Source: Thermodesulfobacteriota bacterium (lineage in GTDB: Bacteria > Desulfobacterota > Desulfarculia > JACQYL01). Taken from it: a stretch of DNA of 64,000 bases. The notes beneath the pieces were generated by a model. That model had not been told where the DNA came from. It made no database searches and saw only the letters and a list, made by a program, of their open reading frames with translations. Positions 51,573-60,885 of the stretch are shown piece by piece. The stretch lies in contig CAXXLZ010000002.1 in assembly GCA_963675595.2 (NCBI GenBank), positions 576,001-640,000 of the forward strand, given 5' to 3'. Within the stretch, counting starts at the first letter, position 1. Every line of letters starts with the position of its first letter. The position numbers and the translations under genes are program-made.

Positions 51573-52820
51573 ATGGAAAGTGGACGTAAGATCGGCATCA
51601 ACGGATTGGGAAGAATTGGAAAAATGACTCTTTGGCACCTCCTGGCCGATTCCCATTTCAGCGAAATCGTCGTCAACATCGGACGTGAAGTGGGAACCGC
51701 ATTCAAGGACCTGATACATTTTGTCGAAAAGGATTCCACCTACGGACAACTTTCCACCTACCTGTATGGATGTAAAGGGGGACCGGTGGTCACGGAGGTG
51801 GACGAGGCCGACAAGCGGTTGGTGATGAACGATATCTCCGTCAAGTTTCTTATGAACGCGCGTAATCCCAGAGAAATCGCCTGGGCGGACCACGAGGTTT
51901 CCCTGGTGCTGGACGCTACGGGTCGATTCCTGGACCCGACCCTTCCGCCGGAGGACCCCAAGGGCTCGTGTAGAGGACACCTGGAAGCCGGTGCTCACAA
52001 AGTCATCACCTCCGCCCCGTTCAAAATTAAGGACAAGACCAAACCCATGCCGGACGACGCGGTAACCCTGGTCATGGGAGTGAATGAGCACAAATTCGAT
52101 CCGGCAGTGCACTCGGTGGTTTCCAATGCCTCCTGCACCACGAATTGCCTGGCCCACATGGTGAAGCCGCTTCTCGACCACTTCGGGATCAAACGGGTGC
52201 TCAGCGCGTCCATGGCTACGGTACACGCCGCAACGGGCAGCCAGAACGTCCTGGACCGGCTTCCGGGCACCGGCGACACGGACTTGCGGAAATCCCGCAG
52301 CATCATGAACAACATCATCCTGACCTCCACGGGAGCCGCCAGAGCTTTGGCCCTGGTGATCCCCGAAATGAAGAAGATCGGGTTCATGGCGGAGTCCGTG
52401 CGCATTCCCACCAGCACCGGGTCCCTCATCATCCTGGTGGTGAATCTCCAGGAAGAGGAAGGAGAACCCATCCGCAGGGATACCATCAACCGCATTTATC
52501 AGGAAGCCTCATTACGGGATAGCCGAGGCTACCTCCGTTATACGGAGGAACAAAACGTCTCGTCCGACATCATCGCTTATCCCAAGGCCACCACGATCAT
52601 CGAAGGCCACGAAACCCATACTCGGACCGCCATGGCCATGGTGGACCTGTCCAAAGTTCGTGCCTGTCCCGCATCTTTGCTGGAATCGCTGGCGGAGACC
52701 CATATTGAGGTCCCCATCACTCAAACGGTGATCTACGGCTGGTACGACAACGAGTTGGCGAGCTACGTGCGGGCTCTGTGCGACTGCGCCGTGTATGTGG
52801 ACCAGTTGATGGAGACTTAA
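51573..52820 (+). CDS. Divergent glyceraldehyde-3-phosphate dehydrogenase-like protein
   Basis: [31 protein letters not shown]; several insertions; RBS AAGGAGG. Confidence 0.88.
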   Translation: MESGRKIGINGLGRIGKMTLWHLLADSHFSEIVVNIGREVGTAFKDLIHFVEKDSTYGQLSTYLYGCKGGPVVTEVDEADKRLVMNDISVKFLMNARNPREIAWADHEVSLVLDATGRFLDPTLPPEDPKGSCRGHLEAGAHKVITSAPFKIKDKTKPMPDDAVTLVMGVNEHKFDPAVHSVVSNASCTTNCLAHMVKPLLDHFGIKRVLSASMATVHAATGSQNVLDRLPGTGDTDLRKSRSIMNNIILTSTGAARALALVIPEMKKIGFMAESVRIPTSTGSLIILVVNLQEEEGEPIRRDTINRIYQEASLRDSRGYLRYTEEQNVSSDIIAYPKATTIIEGHETHTRTAMAMVDLSKVRACPASLLESLAETHIEVPITQTVIYGWYDNELASYVRALCDCAVYVDQLMET

Positions 52821-53171
52821 CGGGAGGAATTGCCGCGTTGCTCGAGCAAAGAGAGGCACCACAACAAAGAGGAGGGTGCATGCAACAAACCGTATCCCGG
52901 TTCGGTTGATCTCCCTCTTCGCCTTGCTGCATGAACTTCGAACGGCAATCATGCTCGACTCGATTGCCGTCGGGGACAGATCCGGCGTCTCGTTATCCTG
53001 ATCGCGACCATTCAAGTCCGCCCAAAGATGATAACGGCTGCTTAACGAATTTGAGCCGATATCTAGTTGCGCGAAATCAAACAGAAAGAAGTTGACGGCC
53101 CCCGGATTTCGTGGTTCAAGTACCCGAACTATTTTGTATTATTCTTCAGTACGAAGGAAAGGGACGCAAAA

Positions 53172-54185
53172 ATGGCTACCAGAATAGCAATCAATGGATT
53201 TGGAAGGATCGGCAGGAATGTTGCCCGAGCCATCCTGCAACGGGATGCCGACGTGGAAATCGTGGCGGTAAACGATTTGGGGAGCGCCGCGGAGTTGGCC
53301 CATCTGTTGAAATATGATTCCGTCCACGGTACGATCAAGGACGAGGTGGCGGCGGAAGGCGATTCCATTCGCGTGGGGAAACGGGTTTTCAAGTGCCTGC
53401 GCGTTACGGATGATCTGCGTAATCTGCCCTGGGGAGATCTGGAGGTGGACGTGGTTCTGGAATGCACGGGCATCTTCCGGGATCGTGAAAACGCGGGAAA
53501 GCACATTGAAGCCGGCGCCCGCAAAGTCATCATCAGCGCACCGGGCAAGGGAGTCGACACCACCATCGTGATGGGGGTCAACCACACTTCGTACAATCCA
53601 ATGGAACACCACGTGGTGTCCAATGCGTCCTGCACGACCAATTGCCTTGCCCCCGTGGCGAAAGTCCTGCACGAAACTTTCGTGATTCTGAGGGGCCTCA
53701 TGACCACGGTGCATTCCTACACCATGGATCAGCGCATTCTGGACACCATGCATAAGGATTGGCGTCGGGCAAGAGCGGCGGCCTTATCCATGATTCCCAC
53801 GACCACGGGCGCGGCCACGGCGGTGGCTTTGGTGATTCCCGAGCTCAAGGGAAGACTCGACGGCATGTCCATCCGTGTTCCCACTCCCAACGTAAGCGTG
53901 GTCGACCTCGTGGCCGAGCTCGGACGAGACGTCACGGCCGATGAGGTGAACAAGGCCCTCAAATCCGCGGCCGAGGGGCCCATGAAGGGCATTCTGCAAT
54001 TTTGCGAGGAGCCGCTGGTCAGCGCCGATTTCAATACCAACAACCATTCTTCCATCGTGGACGCGGAGCTCACCAAGGTCATTGAGAAGCGCATGGTCAA
54101 GGTGATCTCATGGTATGATAACGAGTTCGGCTACTCGAACCGAACGGTGGATCTGGCCTTGTACATGGGCGGCATGCTGGATTAG
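53172..54185 (+). CDS. gap: Type I glyceraldehyde-3-phosphate dehydrogenase
   Basis: [33 protein letters not shown]. Confidence 0.97.
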   Translation: MATRIAINGFGRIGRNVARAILQRDADVEIVAVNDLGSAAELAHLLKYDSVHGTIKDEVAAEGDSIRVGKRVFKCLRVTDDLRNLPWGDLEVDVVLECTGIFRDRENAGKHIEAGARKVIISAPGKGVDTTIVMGVNHTSYNPMEHHVVSNASCTTNCLAPVAKVLHETFVILRGLMTTVHSYTMDQRILDTMHKDWRRARAAALSMIPTTTGAATAVALVIPELKGRLDGMSIRVPTPNVSVVDLVAELGRDVTADEVNKALKSAAEGPMKGILQFCEEPLVSADFNTNNHSSIVDAELTKVIEKRMVKVISWYDNEFGYSNRTVDLALYMGGMLD

Positions 54186-54266
54186 AGGTACAACCCCAAA
54201 AACCGATCACGGGCCCGAGGATCGGTTCAGGCTCGTAGGATCGTCCTTCCGAGGAGGGGGATCGGG

Positions 54267-55445
54267 ATGAACAACATCGAGCAAATGGAACTCGAAGGCA
54301 AGCGGGTGTTCCTGAGGGTGGACTTCAACGTGCCTCTGGACTCCGCCGGCAAAATCACCGACGACAATCGGATCCGCATGGTGCTCCCCACCATCCGGTA
54401 CGCTTTGGATCACGGGGCCTGCTTGGCCTTGGCTTCGCATATGGGAAGACCCAAAGGAGAACGCAAGCTCGAGTTCAGCTTGAGGCCCGCTGCGGATCGC
54501 TTAGGTGAGATTTTAGGCAGGCCGGTGGACTTGGCTCCGGATTGCATCGGCCCGGAGAAGGAGTCTCTCATTCGCGAGATGAAGGCCGGCGACCTGGTCC
54601 TGCTTGAAAACCTGCGTTTTCATCCCGGGGAAACCAAGAACGACGAGTCCTTCGCCAGGGAGCTTTCCCTGGGTACCGAGGTATTCATCAACGACGCCTT
54701 TGCCGCGTGCCACCGGGCTCACGCCTCGGTAGCCGCCATCGTGAAGTTCTACAAAGAAAAGGGAGCGGGATTTCTGCTCCGCAAAGAGATGGAGACCTTC
54801 GAACAGTCGGTGAAAAAACCCGAACGTCCTTTCGCGGCCATCATCGGCGGGGCCAAGGTTTCCGATAAGCTGGGCGTCCTCGACAACCTGATCAACCTGG
54901 TGGATATCCTGTTGATCGGAGGCGCCATGGCCAACACCTTCCTGCGCGCCCAGGGTTATAACACGGGCAAGTCCCTGGTTGAGGAAGACCTGGTCGAGAC
55001 CGCGGCCAAGTTGATGAAGCGGGCCGAAAGCCTGGGCAAGGTATTGCTTGTGCCTACGGACGCGGTGACCGGCGCGGAACTGAGCGCGGATACTTCCACG
55101 CGGCTGACATCGGTGAAGGACGTCCGATCGGATGAGATGATCCTGGACATCGGTCCGGATACGGTGGATCGTTACAAGAAGGCCCTCGTGGGCGCCAAGA
55201 CCATTGTTTGGAACGGTCCCGTGGGAGCTTTCGAGCTCGAGCCCTTCAGCAAGGGGACTTTCGCTCTGGTGGATGCCGTGGCCGCTTCCTCGGCCTTTTC
55301 GGTCATCGGAGGAGGAGACACGGGCGCGGCCGTAGCCCGTTCCGGAAAGAAGGAACAGGTTTCCTATATTTCAACGGGTGGGGGGGCCTTCCTCGAACTT
55401 CTCGAAGGCAAGACCCTGCCGGGCGTGGCCGCATTGGAAGAATAG
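54267..55445 (+). CDS. pgk: Phosphoglycerate kinase
   Basis: [27 protein letters not shown]. Confidence 0.98.
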   Translation: MNNIEQMELEGKRVFLRVDFNVPLDSAGKITDDNRIRMVLPTIRYALDHGACLALASHMGRPKGERKLEFSLRPAADRLGEILGRPVDLAPDCIGPEKESLIREMKAGDLVLLENLRFHPGETKNDESFARELSLGTEVFINDAFAACHRAHASVAAIVKFYKEKGAGFLLRKEMETFEQSVKKPERPFAAIIGGAKVSDKLGVLDNLINLVDILLIGGAMANTFLRAQGYNTGKSLVEEDLVETAAKLMKRAESLGKVLLVPTDAVTGAELSADTSTRLTSVKDVRSDEMILDIGPDTVDRYKKALVGAKTIVWNGPVGAFELEPFSKGTFALVDAVAASSAFSVIGGGDTGAAVARSGKKEQVSYISTGGGAFLELLEGKTLPGVAALEE

Positions 55446-55478
55446 AACCGCACACCATCACAGGCTTGGGGAGTCATT

Positions 55479-56249
55479 ATGTCCGAACCTCGCGTCCCGC
55501 TCATCGCGGGCAACTGGAAGATGAACAAGACCATCGGAGAGGCGAAGGATCTAGCTCGAGAAGTCGTCGGCGGCGGTCGCCCCTCCGGAGTGCAGGTTAT
55601 GCTTGCGCCTCCTTTTACCGCTCTTTCGGCCGTTGCGGAGGTGGTAAACAACACCGACGTGGTCCTGGCTGCTCAGAACATGCATTGGGAGGATTCGGGA
55701 GCGTTTACCGGAGAGATTTCACCGGTCATGCTCACGGATCTGGGCGCAAAAATGGTGATCGTTGGACATTCTGAGCGACGTCACGTGTTCCATGAAACGG
55801 ACGAAGCGATCAACCACAAGGTCCAAAGCGCTCTGAATCATGGTTTGACGCCCATTCTCTGCATCGGTGAAACCCTCGAAGAGCGAAAGGCGGATAAGGT
55901 GTTCGGCGTGATCGCCGCCCAACTCGAAGGGGGACTTTCGGGATTGGACGCCGAGAGGATGGCCCGCGTGATCATCGCCTACGAGCCGGTATGGGCCATC
56001 GGCACGGGCGTGAACGCCACTCCCGAACAGGCTCAGACCGTCCATCAGCTCATCAGAGAACAACTGTCGGAACTATTCAATAAAGGGCTTGCCATGAATA
56101 CGCGGATATTATATGGTGGCTCTGCTAAAGCGGCCAACGCGGCGGAACTCATGGCCCAACCGGACGTGGACGGGCTCCTTGTGGGAGGAGCCGCACTGAA
56201 TGCCCAAGAGTTTTTGGGCATCATCAATTTTGAGCATAGGGGAAGTTGA
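55479..56249 (+). CDS. tpiA: Triosephosphate isomerase
   Basis: AGNWKMN, GHSERR, AYEPVWAIGTG, LYGGS. Confidence 0.98.
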   Translation: MSEPRVPLIAGNWKMNKTIGEAKDLAREVVGGGRPSGVQVMLAPPFTALSAVAEVVNNTDVVLAAQNMHWEDSGAFTGEISPVMLTDLGAKMVIVGHSERRHVFHETDEAINHKVQSALNHGLTPILCIGETLEERKADKVFGVIAAQLEGGLSGLDAERMARVIIAYEPVWAIGTGVNATPEQAQTVHQLIREQLSELFNKGLAMNTRILYGGSAKAANAAELMAQPDVDGLLVGGAALNAQEFLGIINFEHRGS

Positions 56250-56257
56250 CCCAACCG

Positions 56258-56713
56258 ATGCAAATCGCCATCACTTTGATTCATATAATCGCCTGCGTGA
56301 CGATTATCTTCGTGATCCTGCTCCAAACGAGCAAAGGATCGAGTATCGGCTCCGCATTCGGCGGCGCCAGCCAAACATTATTCGGAAGCACCGGTGCGGC
56401 CACGTTTCTGAGCAAGGTCACCACATCCGTGGCCGTGGTTTTCATGTTGACTTCGCTGGGTCTTTCCATCCTTTCTTCTTCGCGGCCCACGGAGTCCCTC
56501 ATGAATGAGGTGGAAACACCCGCGGCCGTCCAAGAAGAACAGGTTCCCGCGGCGCCTCCCGCAGAGGGGACACAACCGGTGAGCCCGATCTCCCAAGGCG
56601 GTGCGGACCAGCAGGCGCAACCCGCGCAGGCGGCGGCCGTAGCGCCGGCCCCAACGGAGAGCGCCGCACCGGCGGAAGCCCCCGCACCGGCGGGACAAGG
56701 ACAAAATCAATAG
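56258..56713 (+). CDS. secG: Preprotein translocase SecG with Ala/Pro-rich tail
   Basis: ILLQTSKG..AFGG..LFG..FLSKVT; tpiA-secG-tRNA-Leu synteny. Confidence 0.93.
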   Translation: MQIAITLIHIIACVTIIFVILLQTSKGSSIGSAFGGASQTLFGSTGAATFLSKVTTSVAVVFMLTSLGLSILSSSRPTESLMNEVETPAAVQEEQVPAAPPAEGTQPVSPISQGGADQQAQPAQAAAVAPAPTESAAPAEAPAPAGQGQNQ

Positions 56714-56834
56714 ACGGCATGCCCGGCATGCTTGAGGGCTCCGAAAGCAATCCCTGCGTCCTCTCTGCTTTGCATGGGATGAGACTGCTTCGGTTCCCTG
56801 CATGAAACGGACTTAAGAGAAATCTGATCTACTT

Positions 56835-56921
56835 GCCGAAGTGGTGGAAATTGGTAGACACGCCATCTTGAGGGGGTGGTGGGCGACGCCCGTGCGGGTT
56901 CAAATCCCGCCTTCGGCACCA
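56835..56921 (+). tRNA. tRNA-Leu(GAG)
   Basis: Acceptor stem GCCGAAG/CTTCGGC, anticodon loop TTGAGGG, long variable arm, GTTCAAATC, encoded CCA. Confidence 0.96.
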
Positions 56922-56930
56922 TAGAATAGA

Positions 56931-56970
56931 AAGCGGCGTAATCCTTATGGGTTACGCCGTTTGTTTTCTT
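56931..56970 (+). terminator. Rho-independent terminator after tRNA-Leu
   Basis: AAGCGGCGTAATCC-TTAT-GGGTTACGCCGTTT followed by T-rich tail. Confidence 0.8.
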
Positions 56971-57321
56971 GCTCGATTTTCCGCCCTACCGGCTTTTCCC
57001 AATTTTCCCGGTTGACCGCAAGCCCCCTTGGGAGAGGTGTGATTCCAGCCGATTCCCGGTGCCGTTCCTTGCCGAAGGACATGCTGTTGGCAATCGGTAT
57101 CCTCACAGTGTATTCTTTTGGATACTCTCGTTCCCCGGCCCTTGAATCTTCAGATCGCGCGTATTGTAGAGCTTACACCGTGAACGCCTGCAATCGATCC
57201 TCGCTTTGAAACACCGGGTGATACAATAATTAGCGCGGCACCGAATAGTTGCTTCAGCCGCGTTTCTCGCTCATGAATCGTCTTTGCGTTTTCCGTAACA
57301 CTCCACTGGGGGAACTTTTCG

Positions 57322-60300
57322 ATGAACGACGGCCTCCACGATGATGGTCTTGAACGAGCGGCCCACACGGATCGGCTGGGGGAACTGAGGGCCCTCAACC
57401 TGTTCGGCCAAAGAATTCACGAGAGCCTTGAGGAGGAGGAAATTCTCCGTCTCGGTATTGATGCGGTTTTCCAGACATTGGCGCCCAATCTGGCTGTGAT
57501 CTACCGTCTCGAAGGAGAGGACCTCGTGGTTCGTGCGCACCGAGCTCGAGAAATCATCATGGAAGACTTGGAGAAGTTCGCGCACAAGAAAGGAGATTGC
57601 CTTTGCGGCATCGCCGCGGAGCGCGGAGAATCCGTCTTCTCCCTCAATATCTTCGACGACCCTCGCTGTACCCTCCCGGAGTGCAAATCCGCCGGGCTGC
57701 AATCCTTCGCTAGTGTTCCTCTTCGCTTCCGTAACGAACTCATTGGAGTCCTCGCGGTGGGCTCGACAAGAGAGCGTGACCTCACTCTTCATGTCGAGTT
57801 CCTCCAGTCGTTGGCTTCCATGCTTTCCATCGGCCTTCATCGGGCTCATATGCATCGGGAACTCACCCGTCGTGCGGACGACCTGCAGCAGGCGGTTCGC
57901 GCTCGGACTTCCGAACTGGAGGCGGCACATCATCGACTTCGCCAAGACCTCGAAGAAAGAAAGCGTCTCGAACTGGAAAGGGAGCGATCCGGTTCGCTCT
58001 TGTCGGCAATCCTGGACTCCCTTCCTCAGAACATCGCAGTTCTGGATTCCTCGGGCGTCATCACCCTGGTGAATCGATCCTGGTGCGAGTTCGCGGAAAC
58101 AAACGGTCCCGTGGATCCGGCAAAAACCGGAGCCGGGACGAACTATCTGGAGATCGCGCGCAGCGCAACGGGGCCCGACGCTTCCGTCGCCCATGATACG
58201 GCTCGCGGCATCGCGCAGGTTCTATCCGGTTCGATCCCTTCCTTCAGTATGGAATATCCGTGCCATTCACCCGACACGAAACGATGGTTTCTTTTTCAGG
58301 CCGTTCCTCTCAAGGCTGCAAACAAAATCAAAGGGGTTGTGGTTTCACACCTGGACATCACCAAACGAAAGTTCACCGAGGAAGCGCTCCGAGCCAGCGA
58401 GGAACGTTTCATACAGATCACCCGTCAAAGCCGTGAGATGGTGTGGGAGGTTGATTCCGAGGGACTCTACACTTATGTAGGCGACGCTTCGGAGTCGGTT
58501 CTCGGTTACCTGCCCGATGAATTGATCGGCAAGGTGCATTTCTATGATCTTCACCCTGAGGAGGGCCGTGAAGCTTTCAAGAAATGCGCCTTTGAAATTT
58601 TCGCTCGAAAGGAAGGCTTCAAAGAATTCTTGAACCCCGCCCTGACCAAAGACGGACAATGGGTCTGGCTTTCCACCAGCGGAATACCCATTTTGGACCG
58701 GTCCGGCAACTTGTCCGGTTACCGAGGGTCCGACAGCGACATCACCGAGCGGAAACACAACGAAGAAGCTCTGCGGATCAGCGAGGAAAACTATCGCACC
58801 ATCTTCAACTCGGTGGGGGATGCCATCGCAATTTTGGATATCGAAACCGGGGATTTCCTGGACCTCAACGAGCGCGTTACGGACCTCCTCGGATATTCCG
58901 TTGCAGAAGCCAAAGAGCTGGGGAACCGCCTAAGTCTGGGATCGGTAGAGCAAGCGGACCTATTGCGGGATCGTGCCGTGTGGGAAGGGCCTCAATCCTT
59001 CGAATGGCCCCTCGCGAATAAGGAAGGGCAAACCGTTTGGGTCGAAGTTCATCTGGAGAAAGTCAGACTCCAAGGTGTGGACCGTCTGTTGGCCGTGGCA
59101 CGGGACATCGACGAAAGAAAGCGTGCTGAACGGATTGTCAAAAAGAACGAGGCCCGCCTTCAGGCTTTGATGAACTTGAATCTCATGCAACAGACCTCTG
59201 AAAGAGACTTCGCCGAGTACGCCTTGGAAGAAATTGTGCGGATTTCGGACAGCAGGGTCGCCTACTTTCATTTCGTGCACGCGGAGCAAGAAACCGTTTC
59301 CCTGTTTGCCTGGTCCCGTGCCGCCAGGGAAGGCTGCATTCTCCCCAAGACGCCCCACTATTCTCTGTCTATCGCCGGCATTTGGGCGGATTGCGTCAGA
59401 ACAGGTCAACCCACCGTGCATAACGATTACGCGAATCACCCGGACAGAAAGGGACTGCCCCCGGGTCACACGCCTCTCACGCGGCACATGAGCGTTCCCA
59501 TTTTCGACGAAGGCGGTGTGGTGGCCGTTGTCGGAGTAGGCGATAAGAAGGAGCCCTACGACGCGGTCGACGCACAGCAGCTGAGCGAGTTCGCGGTCAA
59601 GATGTGGGACACGCTCAAACAGAAGAAAGCACAACAGGCCTTGCGTGAAAGTGAAGAAACGCTCCGGACCGTGACATCCTCAACCCATGACGCCATTTTC
59701 ATCGTGGATGAACAAGGCCGCATCACCTTCTGGAATTATGCGGCGGAGAAGCTGTTCGGTTATGGCGCCTCGGAAATACTGGGACAGGAACTGTTCCTGG
59801 TCTTTCCTTCGCTTGTCAATGTGCGCGACGCCGCTTCCGATGAAGTTTTCTCGGCACATTACGCAGGCAAAGCCACGGAGCTGCCCGCACGGCATAAGAA
59901 CGGGCGGGAACTCTCGGTTGAGTTGTCCCTGGCGCAGGCCTTGCTCAAGGACGCACGTTGCGGAATCGGCATCGCCCGGGACATCAGCCAACGTAAGGAG
60001 ATGGAACGACTGCGCGAAGACGTGGATCGGGTTATGCGCCATGATCTGAAGTCCCCCCTGAACTGCGTCATTGGATTTCCTCAGATCCTTATGATGGACG
60101 ACAATCTCACGCCCAGACAGGAGGAAATGCTCAAGCTCATTGAGGAGGCCGGTTATCAGTTGCTGAATCAAATAAATATGTCCCTGGATCTGTACAAAAT
60201 GGAAACCGGACAGTATCAATACCAACCCAAGCGCGTCGACATCGTCAAACTTCTCAACCGATTGATCCGGGAGTTCACCCCCAAATGCGGCTATCGGATG

Positions 60301-60687
60301 GTTTCTCTGAAAGGAAACATCAACGGTACTCCCATCGAGCATCACGATCGGCTGTTCATCCAGTCCGAGGAACTGCTTTGTTACACCATGCTGTCGAACC
60401 TCATCGACAATGCCATCGAAGCTTCTCCTTCGGGAGAGTCCGTTAGCATCGATGTTGCCGAGCGAAACCGCGGGGTTTCCATATCCATTCACAACCATGG
60501 GCAAGTTCCCGAGCCCGTACGCGACAAATTTTTCGAGAAATATACGACCCACGGCAAGGTCAAAGGAACGGGTCTGGGAACCTATAGTGCCAAACTCATT
60601 GCGGAGGTTCAGGGCGGCACCATCGGTTTCGAAACATCCAGGGATCGAGGCACCACGGTGAGCGTTCTTCTGCCCCGAGACCAGTAA
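57322..60687 (+). CDS. Cytoplasmic GAF/PAS sensor histidine kinase
   Basis: GAF-PAS x3-GAF-PAS, then RHDLKSPL H-box, NLIDNAIEA, GTGLG. Confidence 0.93.
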   Translation: MNDGLHDDGLERAAHTDRLGELRALNLFGQRIHESLEEEEILRLGIDAVFQTLAPNLAVIYRLEGEDLVVRAHRAREIIMEDLEKFAHKKGDCLCGIAAERGESVFSLNIFDDPRCTLPECKSAGLQSFASVPLRFRNELIGVLAVGSTRERDLTLHVEFLQSLASMLSIGLHRAHMHRELTRRADDLQQAVRARTSELEAAHHRLRQDLEERKRLELERERSGSLLSAILDSLPQNIAVLDSSGVITLVNRSWCEFAETNGPVDPAKTGAGTNYLEIARSATGPDASVAHDTARGIAQVLSGSIPSFSMEYPCHSPDTKRWFLFQAVPLKAANKIKGVVVSHLDITKRKFTEEALRASEERFIQITRQSREMVWEVDSEGLYTYVGDASESVLGYLPDELIGKVHFYDLHPEEGREAFKKCAFEIFARKEGFKEFLNPALTKDGQWVWLSTSGIPILDRSGNLSGYRGSDSDITERKHNEEALRISEENYRTIFNSVGDAIAILDIETGDFLDLNERVTDLLGYSVAEAKELGNRLSLGSVEQADLLRDRAVWEGPQSFEWPLANKEGQTVWVEVHLEKVRLQGVDRLLAVARDIDERKRAERIVKKNEARLQALMNLNLMQQTSERDFAEYALEEIVRISDSRVAYFHFVHAEQETVSLFAWSRAAREGCILPKTPHYSLSIAGIWADCVRTGQPTVHNDYANHPDRKGLPPGHTPLTRHMSVPIFDEGGVVAVVGVGDKKEPYDAVDAQQLSEFAVKMWDTLKQKKAQQALRESEETLRTVTSSTHDAIFIVDEQGRITFWNYAAEKLFGYGASEILGQELFLVFPSLVNVRDAASDEVFSAHYAGKATELPARHKNGRELSVELSLAQALLKDARCGIGIARDISQRKEMERLREDVDRVMRHDLKSPLNCVIGFPQILMMDDNLTPRQEEMLKLIEEAGYQLLNQINMSLDLYKMETGQYQYQPKRVDIVKLLNRLIREFTPKCGYRMVSLKGNINGTPIEHHDRLFIQSEELLCYTMLSNLIDNAIEASPSGESVSIDVAERNRGVSISIHNHGQVPEPVRDKFFEKYTTHGKVKGTGLGTYSAKLIAEVQGGTIGFETSRDRGTTVSVLLPRDQ

Positions 60688-60885
60688 ACTCGGTCGGAAG
60701 GCGCCTCCATCCTCGTGTGTCTCGGGTACCCCGGTCCCGCCTCCGTTTGATGCGCGGTCCGTTTTCGCTTGGTTTAACGTAGCCGTAATTTTTAAGATGT
60801 GCTAACTTCCTTTCGAACCCGCTCTCGATAGGACACTCGATCGGAATCAAGAGACTCGGGAATATTTCAAGGTTCGCGTTCTCAA

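Noticed and set aside
53150-53172. GAAAGGGACGCAAA resembling a c-di-GMP-I riboswitch core
   Set aside because: Flanking P1/P2 stems are absent and it coincides with the gap RBS.
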